Of a stretch of DNA of 64,000 bases, positions 1 through 7,637 are shown one piece after another. The position numbers were made by a program, and so were the translations under genes. This DNA is from Anaerolineae bacterium (lineage in GTDB: Bacteria; Chloroflexota; Anaerolineae; JAFGEY01). Position 1 is the first letter of the stretch; each line of letters begins with the position of its first letter. The DNA lies in the NCBI GenBank assembly GCA_016783145.1, contig JADHXD010000004.1, positions 5,736 to 69,735 of the forward strand, read 5' to 3'. The notes under the pieces were generated by a model. It ran no database searches. It worked only from the letters and a program-made list of their open reading frames with translations, and was not told the DNA's origin.

Positions 1-409
1 CATAGGTATCGGGCCGATCTGCTCCGAGGTCGTCGACGATGTGTTGATCGACCTCGTTGCCACGCTCAAAATGCCAGCCGTGGAAGGGGTAGTCAAAGCC
101 GTGGCCTCCATTGATCAGGTGTGGCGTATCAAACACCAGGCTGGTCGCCCAGCCCGCCTCGCCAACAAGGGCAGGCAGCGTGACGGCGTCAAAGCCAAGC
201 GGCAACCAGGGATGCAGCGGCCTGCCGAACCGTCCGGTGAACACATCCGTTCGATGGGGGATGGTCGGAAAGCTGCCCAGGTAGGCATGGTCAAAGACCA
301 CCGCGTCCCGGGCAAAGGCATCGAGGTTTGGCGTGTGGATCCAGTCGTTGCCATTGCAGGCCAGGTGATCGTAGCGCAGGGTATCTATGCAGATCACGAC
401 AAAGTTCAC
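1..409 (-). CDS. Sulfatase-fold (alkaline-phosphatase superfamily) hydrolase. Only the N-terminal 136 codons are present; the gene runs off the left window edge.
   Basis: Absent from the ORF track because there is no stop in the window. My translation of the minus strand from GTG at 409 is VNFVVICIDTLRYDHLACNGNDWIHTPNLDAFARDAVVFDHAYLGSFPTIPHRTDVFTGRFGRPLHPW... GGAGG sits at 417-421, 7 nt upstream. The DTLR.D metal-ligand block and the x-x-P-x-R nucleophile block are sulfatase-fold signatures. The nucleophile position is Thr (TIPHR) rather than Cys/Ser. Confidence 0.75.
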   Translation of the reverse strand, partial: MNFVVICIDTLRYDHLACNGNDWIHTPNLDAFARDAVVFDHAYLGSFPTIPHRTDVFTGRFGRPLHPWLPLGFDAVTLPALVGEAGWATSLVFDTPHLINGGHGFDYPFHGWHFERGNEVDQHIVDDLGADRPDTY

Positions 410-460
410 GGCAGTGCCTCCTTCTGGGGTAGACGGACCCGGGTGCCAGATCGCGCCCCC

Positions 461-1489
461 TCAACTGTAGACAGCGAGACCATCGATCTGTCCCAGCAGC
501 TTCGCCAGCCCCCTGACCCTTTGAAGCTCGGGATAGTCTCTGGCCACCATGGCCGTATACTCTTGGAACCAGTACTGGAAATCCTCGTACCGCCCCCACC
601 GGGCTATGGCTTTTGATTTCTTGAACGACCAGGGTTTGAACCCTGCATAGTGCGTGCCAAACAGCACCGACATGCACGGATATCCGCTGAACCCGCTGAA
701 ACGCAGATCGATATTCGTCCACCTGCCCGACCATCTTGCCGTCAGATACTGCATGTCTGGCCAAGCGTACAGGTCACCGACCAGGCTCAGTACCTCGGGG
801 CGACGCAGGTCCTGTTCGATCGCCCTGAACTCGTCCATAGAGGGCTCAAACACAAAGAGCGATCCGTTGATCCCCAGGTTGGACACGTCCTCCATCACGC
901 GATCGGTGATCTCGCGGGGGATCTTGTGCCCGTGAGGGCACACCCCATCGTACAGCCTGTGCCACTTCCACTTGCCCGTCGTCTTGACACTCTCCGGCAC
1001 GAGGTAGCTACCGTCGGGGTTGCTCTCGATAAAGTGGGACTTTAGCTCGTTGAGGATCCCAGCCGGAGCGTTGAGGAGAAAGAGATGGTCATAGTTTCTC
1101 AAGGGCAGCACATCGGCATCAACGACAACGACCTTGTCATAGCGGAGGCCTAGGTCTCCGTCCGCGCCCAGCCGGAGGGCATTCATCCTGGTGAAAAAGT
1201 AAGGGCGATCCTGGCGTTCCTGGCGTCGCTTGTGGGGGACAAAGATCTTGGGCACTGCGACCACCCGATCGAACAGCAAGTCCAACGCTCGGCAGGCGCT
1301 GGGCGTGACTCCCTCTGTGACCATGCACACCAAATCTCCCTGGGTGTGCTGCTTGCGCAAGGCATAGGCCAGCATCAGTGCCCCAGGAAGGTAGCTGTCG
1401 TTCAGCATCAAGAACGTCACAAAGGCGTACCGGCTCGTCCCATCCGCCCTCTTGACGTGATCGGGCATCGCAAACTGTTGAGAGGACAT
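461..1489 (-). CDS. Glycosyltransferase family 8, glycogenin-like
   Basis: ORF 461..1540 (-). YAFVTFLMLNDSYLPGALMLAYALRK, the DxD-type VVVDADVLPL and GINGSLFVFEPS are GT8/glycogenin-like signatures. I set the start to ATG 1489 (MSSQQF...) because the TGGTATAAT element at 1529-1537 lies inside the longer ORF. Confidence 0.85.
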   Translation of the reverse strand: MSSQQFAMPDHVKRADGTSRYAFVTFLMLNDSYLPGALMLAYALRKQHTQGDLVCMVTEGVTPSACRALDLLFDRVVAVPKIFVPHKRRQERQDRPYFFTRMNALRLGADGDLGLRYDKVVVVDADVLPLRNYDHLFLLNAPAGILNELKSHFIESNPDGSYLVPESVKTTGKWKWHRLYDGVCPHGHKIPREITDRVMEDVSNLGINGSLFVFEPSMDEFRAIEQDLRRPEVLSLVGDLYAWPDMQYLTARWSGRWTNIDLRFSGFSGYPCMSVLFGTHYAGFKPWSFKKSKAIARWGRYEDFQYWFQEYTAMVARDYPELQRVRGLAKLLGQIDGLAVYS

Positions 1490-1528
1490 CGTGTGCTCAC
1501 CCAGAAATCGGAGACTGTCTCTGCATCC

Positions 1529-1537
1529 ATTATACCA
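1529..1537 (-). promoter_or_regulatory. Extended -10 element TGGTATAAT upstream of the GT8 gene
   Basis: The minus strand reads TTGTGGTATAAT (1540->1529), about 40 nt upstream of ATG 1489. No good -35 is present. Confidence 0.5.
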
Positions 1538-1575
1538 CAAATGGCGCCGATCTAGAGTACGTCCTCATCGGAACC

Positions 1576-1604
1576 TTGACGGCGCTCTGAACTAGTGATA
1601 CAAT
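1576..1604 (+). promoter_or_regulatory. Sigma70-type promoter for the SulP gene
   Basis: TTGACG (1576-1581), a 17-nt spacer containing TGa, then TACAAT (1599-1604). This implies a leader of about 165 nt before GTG 1773. Confidence 0.55.
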
Positions 1605-1772
1605 CACCCCGTCGTGCCTATCCCTGCTCGTTCTCTTTGGCTTGAGACGGTTCGGCCTGCCGGCGAACAGGGTCGCCAACGCGGCTAGGAGGATACGTGC
1701 CCGTGAGATGCACCTAGGCGCGCTTGAGCCCCCTGAAGAGCAGATCGCGCGATCCAAGAAGGGGAGACATCC

Positions 1773-3974
1773 GTGAGCGCTGCCCAACAAGCATCTTCCG
1801 TCGCGCGGGAGCGGCGAATTCCCAGCAGTCGCCAGACGCCCGCCGCGTGGACTTGCTCGATCCTGACCCAGGTGCGCACCACGTTGGCATACTTTGCCCG
1901 GCCCGTACACTTGATCCGGACGTACGACCGACGGAATCTGCAGCCCGACTTGATGGCTGGGCTGACCATCGCCATCTTGGCTCTCCCGCAAGCGATCGCC
2001 TTTGCGCTCATCGCCGAGCTCCCCCCCCACGTCGGGCTGTACTCCGCTATCGCCGGCTCTATCGTCGGTGGGCTGTGGGGTTCCTCTGACCAGCTCCAGA
2101 CCGGACCCACCAATACGACCTCTCTGCTGGTGCTCTCTGTCTTGCTGACCATCGCCATACCAGACACGCCAGAGTATCTGCAGGCCGCGGGGATCATGGC
2201 ACTGATGGTAGGAGTCTTCCGCCTGGTCATGGGGCTGGCCCGGTTGGGCATCCTCGTCAACTTTGTCTCCGGCGCTGTGGTCGTCGGCTTTACCGCTGGA
2301 GCGGGAATCCTGATCTTTGTCAACCAATTGCGGACGCTGCTCCGCCTCAATATCCCCTCGTCTCCTATGCTGGATCAGACGATCGTCAGCCTCATCGCAC
2401 ATATCACAGAGACGCACTGGCCAAGCCTGCTGATCGGCGGGGGGACGATCATACTGGTCCTGTTCCTGCGCAAGGTGAGCCGGAGACTGCCCGCGCCGCT
2501 GATCAGCATGGCCGTCGCCGCCCTGGCAGTCGGCCTGCTGGGCCTGGACGCGGGTGGGGTTCGCATCGTCGGCGAGCTGCCCAAGGGGCTCCCGCCCCTG
2601 GCACAACTGCCCATCACGGACTGGAGCTTGATGCAGAAGCTGCTGACCGGGTCTCTGGCCGTCGCGGCCATCGGATTGGTGGAGAGTATGTCTATCGCCC
2701 GGGTCATCTCGGGCAAGACCGGGCAGCAGCTAGACAGCAACCAGGAATTCGTGGGCCAGGGATTGGCGAACATCGTCAGCGGGATCTTTACCGGTTATGC
2801 CTGCTCGGGGTCATTTACCCGCTCAATAGTCAACTTTAACGCCGGCGCACGAACCGGGATAGCAAGCGTGTTCGCCGGGCTATTCGTTTTGTTTGCGATG
2901 CTGGCACTGGCACCGCTGGCAGCCTGGGTGCCCCTTGCTGCCCTGTCCGGCGTGCTGATCCTCACCGCCTACGGGCTGATCGACCGGCAGGTGATGGCGC
3001 GCATCTGGTACAGCGGACATGGCGACAGGGCGATCATGGTCGTCACCCTCCTGGCCACGCTGGTCCTTCCCCTGCAGTTCGCCGTGCTCACCGGTATTGC
3101 GCTCTCCCTGATCTACTACCTCAAGCGCACCAGCACCCCGCAGGTGCGTCCCGTGCTGCCCGACGACAGCTTCCGCCACTTTGAGTACCAGCCCGACAAG
3201 CCCCAGTGCACACAACTGGGCATCATCGAGATCCTGGGAGATCTCTACTTTGGCGCGACCAACCACATCGAGGAAAGCATCCGAGCCAACCTGGAGCGCA
3301 ACCCCGATCAGCGCTACCTGCTCCTGCGCATGCACACCGTCGAAAACTGTGACATCAGCGGCATCAATGCCCTGGAGAGCATCGTGCGCACCTACCGAGA
3401 GCGCGATGGAGACGTCTACCTGGTGCGCGTTAACCAGCCCGCCCTGTACCTGATGCGCACCACAGGCTTCTATGAGTACCTGGGAGCGGACCACTTCCTG
3501 GATCCAGATGAGGCGATCAGCCATCTCTTCTACAGAGTGATCGACCCGGCGATCTGTGTCTACGAGTGTCCTGTCCGCGCGTTCATAGAATGTCAGGATC
3601 TACCCAAGCAAACGTATCCGCACGAGGTCCGCTTTGATGCCGACATCTCGCCAGACGATGTCCCCGCCGTCGGCGCGCAGGCCCTGTGGAGCGAGCTGCG
3701 CGAGGAAACGCCGCCCCAGATCATCGATGTGCGTGAGCCGCGCGAGTTCAACCGCGGCCACATTCCCGGTGCTCATCTGATCCCGCTTCCCACACTGCTT
3801 GAGCGCATGGATCAGGTTCCGAGCACCCACCCCGTGGTGATCGTCTGCAGGGGCGGACGCCGGAGTACACGGGCCACAGCCCTGCTGCGCGAACGCGGAT
3901 ACAGCAACGTCCGTGTCCTCAGGGGCGGTATGATCGCCTGGGAGCGCGAGAGACTGTTGGAGGCTGTAGAGTAA
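1773..3974 (+). CDS. SulP-family anion permease fused to STAS and a C-terminal rhodanese domain
   Basis: ORF 1773..3974, GTG start with AAGGGGAG upstream. SulP core (LMAGLTIAILALPQAIAFALIAELPP). STAS (LGIIEILGDLYFGATNHIEE...VRVNQPALYLMRTTGF). Rhodanese (IIDVREPREFNRGHIPGAHLIP...VIVCRGGRRSTRA) with an active-site-loop Cys. Confidence 0.9.
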   Translation: MSAAQQASSVARERRIPSSRQTPAAWTCSILTQVRTTLAYFARPVHLIRTYDRRNLQPDLMAGLTIAILALPQAIAFALIAELPPHVGLYSAIAGSIVGGLWGSSDQLQTGPTNTTSLLVLSVLLTIAIPDTPEYLQAAGIMALMVGVFRLVMGLARLGILVNFVSGAVVVGFTAGAGILIFVNQLRTLLRLNIPSSPMLDQTIVSLIAHITETHWPSLLIGGGTIILVLFLRKVSRRLPAPLISMAVAALAVGLLGLDAGGVRIVGELPKGLPPLAQLPITDWSLMQKLLTGSLAVAAIGLVESMSIARVISGKTGQQLDSNQEFVGQGLANIVSGIFTGYACSGSFTRSIVNFNAGARTGIASVFAGLFVLFAMLALAPLAAWVPLAALSGVLILTAYGLIDRQVMARIWYSGHGDRAIMVVTLLATLVLPLQFAVLTGIALSLIYYLKRTSTPQVRPVLPDDSFRHFEYQPDKPQCTQLGIIEILGDLYFGATNHIEESIRANLERNPDQRYLLLRMHTVENCDISGINALESIVRTYRERDGDVYLVRVNQPALYLMRTTGFYEYLGADHFLDPDEAISHLFYRVIDPAICVYECPVRAFIECQDLPKQTYPHEVRFDADISPDDVPAVGAQALWSELREETPPQIIDVREPREFNRGHIPGAHLIPLPTLLERMDQVPSTHPVVIVCRGGRRSTRATALLRERGYSNVRVLRGGMIAWERERLLEAVE

Positions 3975-3975
3975 G

Positions 3976-4959
3976 ATGGAAATGCAGAGCACGATCAGGC
4001 GCCCGTTTGGCAGCTTGGGACTCGATCTCGTTCGAGCTACCGAGGGCGCTGCCCTGGCTGCCGGAACCTGGATGGGACTGGGCAAAGCGGAAGAAGCGGA
4101 TGAGAAGGCCACGGAAAAGATGATCTCCATCCTGGACACCATCGAGATGGATGGGCAGATCATCATTGGAGAAGGGACAAGGCTGAACCATCACGGACCG
4201 CTGCAGACGGGCCGGAGCGTGGGCACAGGAGACGGCCATCAGATTGACGTGGTCGCGGATCCGATTGACGGACGTGCTCTTCTGGCTCAGGGACATCCAG
4301 GGGCCATCTCTGTCGTCGCCGTCGCCCCCCAGGGCACACTGTGGGCCCCCACGCAGGGGGTGTATATGGAAAAGATCGTCGTGGACTCACAGGTGGCCCC
4401 CTTCCTGGTTCCCGAATGTATGGATGCCCCTGCTGCGTGGACCCTGGCCCTGGTCGCTCGGGCCAAGCACAAACGAGTCAGCGATTTGATCGCTTTTGTG
4501 CTGGATCGCCCTCGCCACAGCGACCTGGTCGACGAGATCCGCCGGGCGGGGGCACGGGTGATGCTGCGTTCCGAAGGGGACATTGCCGGAGCTCTGATGG
4601 CGATCTCTTCTGACAGCGGCGTGGACATTCTCATGGGAGTAGGCGGCATTGCCGAAGGATTGATCGCAGCATGCGCGGCCAAGGCCACGGGTGGAGGGAT
4701 GTTGGGCCGGCTGGCTCCCCAGGATGCGGAAGAAGAGTCCGCCATACGGGCCGCTGGATGGGACGCCGGGCGCATCCTGACGGTCGATGAGATGGTGGCC
4801 AGGAGCACGGTTCTCTTTGCCGCAACGGGCATCACAGACGGGCCGCTGCTGTCTGGTGTGCGCTACCGCGGAGACCGCGCGACGTCCAACTCGATGATCC
4901 TGTGTGGAGAGACCAGCACGCGCCGGGTCATCTCTGCGGAGCACTTGCTGGAGACATAG
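3976..4959 (+). CDS. glpX: Class II fructose-1,6-bisphosphatase
   Basis: ORF 3976..4959. GlpX-type blocks are DLVRATEGAALAAGTWMGLGKAEEADEKATEKM, DVVADPIDGRALLAQG and GVGGIAEGLIAACAAKA. It starts 1 nt after the SulP stop. Confidence 0.92.
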   Translation: MEMQSTIRRPFGSLGLDLVRATEGAALAAGTWMGLGKAEEADEKATEKMISILDTIEMDGQIIIGEGTRLNHHGPLQTGRSVGTGDGHQIDVVADPIDGRALLAQGHPGAISVVAVAPQGTLWAPTQGVYMEKIVVDSQVAPFLVPECMDAPAAWTLALVARAKHKRVSDLIAFVLDRPRHSDLVDEIRRAGARVMLRSEGDIAGALMAISSDSGVDILMGVGGIAEGLIAACAAKATGGGMLGRLAPQDAEEESAIRAAGWDAGRILTVDEMVARSTVLFAATGITDGPLLSGVRYRGDRATSNSMILCGETSTRRVISAEHLLET

Positions 4960-4970
4960 GGCGGCACGCC

Positions 4971-5438
4971 TCAGGCACCCTCCAGGTCGCTGAACATCCG
5001 TCGCTGGCTGACACCGAACAACCGCTTGACCCACGGAAAGTGAAACAGCTCATCCAGGCCGAGCAAGACCTCCAGGGAGATTTTTTCTCGCTTGCCCGCG
5101 TGGCGCACCACCGCCAGCTTGCGAGGGACGATCATATCGGCCAGACAGCGCACACCCAGTTCCAACTCGACGGGTCTGCCGATCTCGGCGCTCTCCATCG
5201 CCGGCACTGGCACACCCGCTTCGCGTATCTCCCCCTCACATCGGACAGCCTCGACCAACAGCACGTGATCCAGTCCGTTCGTCACGCGAGCAGCGCGCGT
5301 GAGGCCCTCCGAAAGAGGGTAGGCTGGTAAGCGCGCCGGATATCCTGCTGGCGTCTGAGCTGGTTTTCTGCGCTTTGATCGTGGTGAAACCGGTAGATAG
5401 CCTGCACCGCTTCCAGTGCTGTAAAGCCATTCGCTCAT
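4971..5438 (-). CDS. Hypothetical protein (155 aa), function unknown
   Basis: ORF 4971..5573 (-). ATG 5438 is preceded by AGGAGAGG with a 5-nt spacer and by a TGGTACAAT element at 5467-5475. Third-position G/C is high in the 3' two-thirds. I recognised no family. Confidence 0.6.
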   Translation of the reverse strand: MSEWLYSTGSGAGYLPVSPRSKRRKPAQTPAGYPARLPAYPLSEGLTRAARVTNGLDHVLLVEAVRCEGEIREAGVPVPAMESAEIGRPVELELGVRCLADMIVPRKLAVVRHAGKREKISLEVLLGLDELFHFPWVKRLFGVSQRRMFSDLEGA

Positions 5439-5466
5439 CGGGACCTCTCCTGCTGTGGATGCTGCC

Positions 5467-5475
5467 ATTGTACCA
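5467..5475 (-). promoter_or_regulatory. Extended -10 element TGGTACAAT for the 4971-5438 gene
   Basis: The minus strand reads TGTGGTACAAT, about 29 nt upstream of ATG 5438. Confidence 0.45.
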
Positions 5476-5516
5476 CAGTTGCGCCCGATGCAAGATGCCC
5501 GGCCTCGCCTGCGGAC

Positions 5517-5544
5517 TTGATCTTTGTCGCAAAACAAGTAGAAT
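5517..5544 (+). promoter_or_regulatory. Sigma70-type promoter for gltX
   Basis: TTGATC (5517-5522), 16 nt, then TAGAAT (5539-5544). It sits about 30 nt upstream of ATG 5576. Confidence 0.55.
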
Positions 5545-5575
5545 GGGGCCAGTTCAGTCACTTGAGGAGGCACCT

Positions 5576-7072
5576 ATGATAGACAAGCCTGTGCGCGTGC
5601 GGTTCGCACCCAGCCCGACCGGGTTTTTTCACGTCGGTGGGGCGAGGACCGCGCTCTACAACTGGCTGTTTGCGCATCGCCACAATGGCAAGTTTATCCT
5701 GCGCATAGAGGACACCGATCGGTTACGCTACCAGGAAGAATCCGAGCCAGACCTGATCTCCAGCCTGCGATGGTTGGGTTTGGACTGGGACGAGGGTCCG
5801 GAGGTCGGAGGCGACTACGGGCCGTACTACCAGTCACAGCGACTGCCTCTCTATGCCCAGTACGCCGCGCAACTTCTCGCTGAGGGCTACGCCTACAAGT
5901 GCTTTTGCAGTCCGGAACGCCTCGCTGCGCTGCGCAAGGAGCAGAGAGCGTCGAAGCTCAGCCACACCGGCTATGACCGTCACTGCCGGAACCTGACCGC
6001 CAGTCAAGTGTCCGAACGAGAGTCTCAGGGCATCCAACCCGTCATCCGCCTCAGAACCCCGTTGGAGGGTCAGACCTCCTTTCACGATGTCCTCCGAGGC
6101 ACGACCACTGTGGACAACGAGACCCTGGAGGACATCGTGCTGGTCAAGTCGGACGGGTATCCTACGTATCATCTCGCCAACGTCATAGACGACCACCTGA
6201 TGGAGATCAGCCACATCATGCGGGGCGATGAGTGGCTCTCTTCCTGCCCGATCCACGTCATTCTCTACCACGCGTTCGGCTGGCCGATACCTCCCTACAT
6301 ACACCTGCCTCTGTTTCTCGACCCCGCTGGAAAAGGCAAGATGGGCAAGCGCAAAACCGTAGGGCCGGGCGGGAGAGAGTACCTGGTGCTGGTCAAGGAC
6401 TTTGGTGCAGCCGGGTACTTGCCGGAGGCACTGATCAACTTTATCGCACGCCTTGGCTGGAGCTATGACGACCACACCGAGCTCTTTACGCGCGAGGAGC
6501 TAATCGTCAAGTTCTCCCCAGAGGGGCTCAACGCGTCCCCTGCTCGCTTTGACTATGATAGGCTGGACTGGATGAACGGCGTATACATCCGCGAATTGGC
6601 GAGCGATGACCTGGCAGAGCGCCTGCTGCCCTTCTATCATAGAGCCGGTCTGAACGCTGACCTGCCCACCCTCCAGCAGCTCGCCCCTATCCTCCAGGTA
6701 CGGCTCAAGAAGCTTACGGACGCCATTCCGTTGAGCGGGTTCGTTTTCGAGGAGAGCTTTGACCTGGACCCTGTGCTGCTGGTCGGCAAAAAGATGGACG
6801 CGAGGGCATCGCTGGATGCCCTGCGAAGGACGCGCCAGATCATCAGTCAGGCGAACCCTTTCGCTCCAGATACGCTGGAGCAGCCGCTGCGCGATCTGGC
6901 CAGTGACCTGGGCATCAAGGCCGGATCGCTCTTTGGCATCCTCCGCGGGGCGGTCACCGGGCAGCAGGTCTCCCCGCCTCTGTTCGAGACGATGGCCATT
7001 ATGGGACAGAAACGAACGTGCCAGCAGATAGACAGGGGAATCGCCGTGCTCCAGGAGACTGCGAACGCATAG
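5576..7072 (+). CDS. gltX: Glutamyl-tRNA synthetase
   Basis: ORF 5375..7072. The start is ATG 5576 (MIDKPVRVRFAPSPTGFFHVGGARTALYNWLF) with GAGGAGG 5 nt upstream. HIGH-type HVGG is present, and the KMSKS position reads KMGKR. Confidence 0.95.
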   Translation: MIDKPVRVRFAPSPTGFFHVGGARTALYNWLFAHRHNGKFILRIEDTDRLRYQEESEPDLISSLRWLGLDWDEGPEVGGDYGPYYQSQRLPLYAQYAAQLLAEGYAYKCFCSPERLAALRKEQRASKLSHTGYDRHCRNLTASQVSERESQGIQPVIRLRTPLEGQTSFHDVLRGTTTVDNETLEDIVLVKSDGYPTYHLANVIDDHLMEISHIMRGDEWLSSCPIHVILYHAFGWPIPPYIHLPLFLDPAGKGKMGKRKTVGPGGREYLVLVKDFGAAGYLPEALINFIARLGWSYDDHTELFTREELIVKFSPEGLNASPARFDYDRLDWMNGVYIRELASDDLAERLLPFYHRAGLNADLPTLQQLAPILQVRLKKLTDAIPLSGFVFEESFDLDPVLLVGKKMDARASLDALRRTRQIISQANPFAPDTLEQPLRDLASDLGIKAGSLFGILRGAVTGQQVSPPLFETMAIMGQKRTCQQIDRGIAVLQETANA

Positions 7073-7106
7073 GCGATCCCGAGTCGCAGACAGAGAGGAC
7101 ACAGAA

Positions 7107-7583
7107 ATGAAGCTTGGTCTTCGAAAGGACCGAACATCCGACGACAGCTCTCAGGTCCGGTGGAGTCGTGTCTTGGAGGAGGTCGATGAGGAGTACAATA
7201 CCGGAAATCCGTGGTGGAAAGAGGTCGGGATCTTTTTCGCGTGGGCCGGCGGGTTCGCAGGTGCGGCGGGCGTTGTCGTAGCGGTGCTGCTGCTCATCGC
7301 CGACCTGTTCTCGGCGGAGCGGCTCTTCACCGGGCGTAGTCTCTCGGATTGGACGTTTTGGTCGGCAACCATCTTGATGCTGATCGGGCTGATCGCACCG
7401 GCGAGCACGGACGTCAACAAGAGCACCGGCAAAAACAAGCAGCGCGAAGAGCAAGGAGAGGACAGAATGACCCGCACCGTCCGCAAGCGTCTCCGTCGGG
7501 TCTACGATCCGTGGCGGTGGCGGCTCTGGGGCTCTGCCCTGCTGGCTTTTGGGCTCTCCATTCTCTTTGGCATCCTTGCTTGA
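7107..7583 (+). CDS. Small membrane protein, hypothetical
   Basis: ORF 7107..7583. GAGAGGA lies upstream. There are three hydrophobic segments (e.g. VGIFFAWAGGFAGAAGVVVAVLLLIADLF). I recognised no family. Confidence 0.6.
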   Translation: MKLGLRKDRTSDDSSQVRWSRVLEEVDEEYNTGNPWWKEVGIFFAWAGGFAGAAGVVVAVLLLIADLFSAERLFTGRSLSDWTFWSATILMLIGLIAPASTDVNKSTGKNKQREEQGEDRMTRTVRKRLRRVYDPWRWRLWGSALLAFGLSILFGILA

Positions 7584-7637
7584 GGCCCCATCAGACCTCG
7601 CTCAGGGCACGTCCAGCCCCCTGATACTCGAGTACCC

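Noticed and set aside
1530-2606. 358-aa minus-strand ORF (and the nested 1685..2350 ORF)
   Set aside because: It is antisense to the SulP permease. It is extremely Arg/Gly/Asp/Gln-rich and crosses the predicted SulP promoter.
5375-5575. 67-codon N-terminal extension of gltX in the ORF track
   Set aside because: The extension is Cys/Leu-rich and non-homologous. It also contains the predicted gltX promoter (5517-5544). ATG 5576 has a GAGGAGG RBS and begins the conserved GluRS N-terminus.
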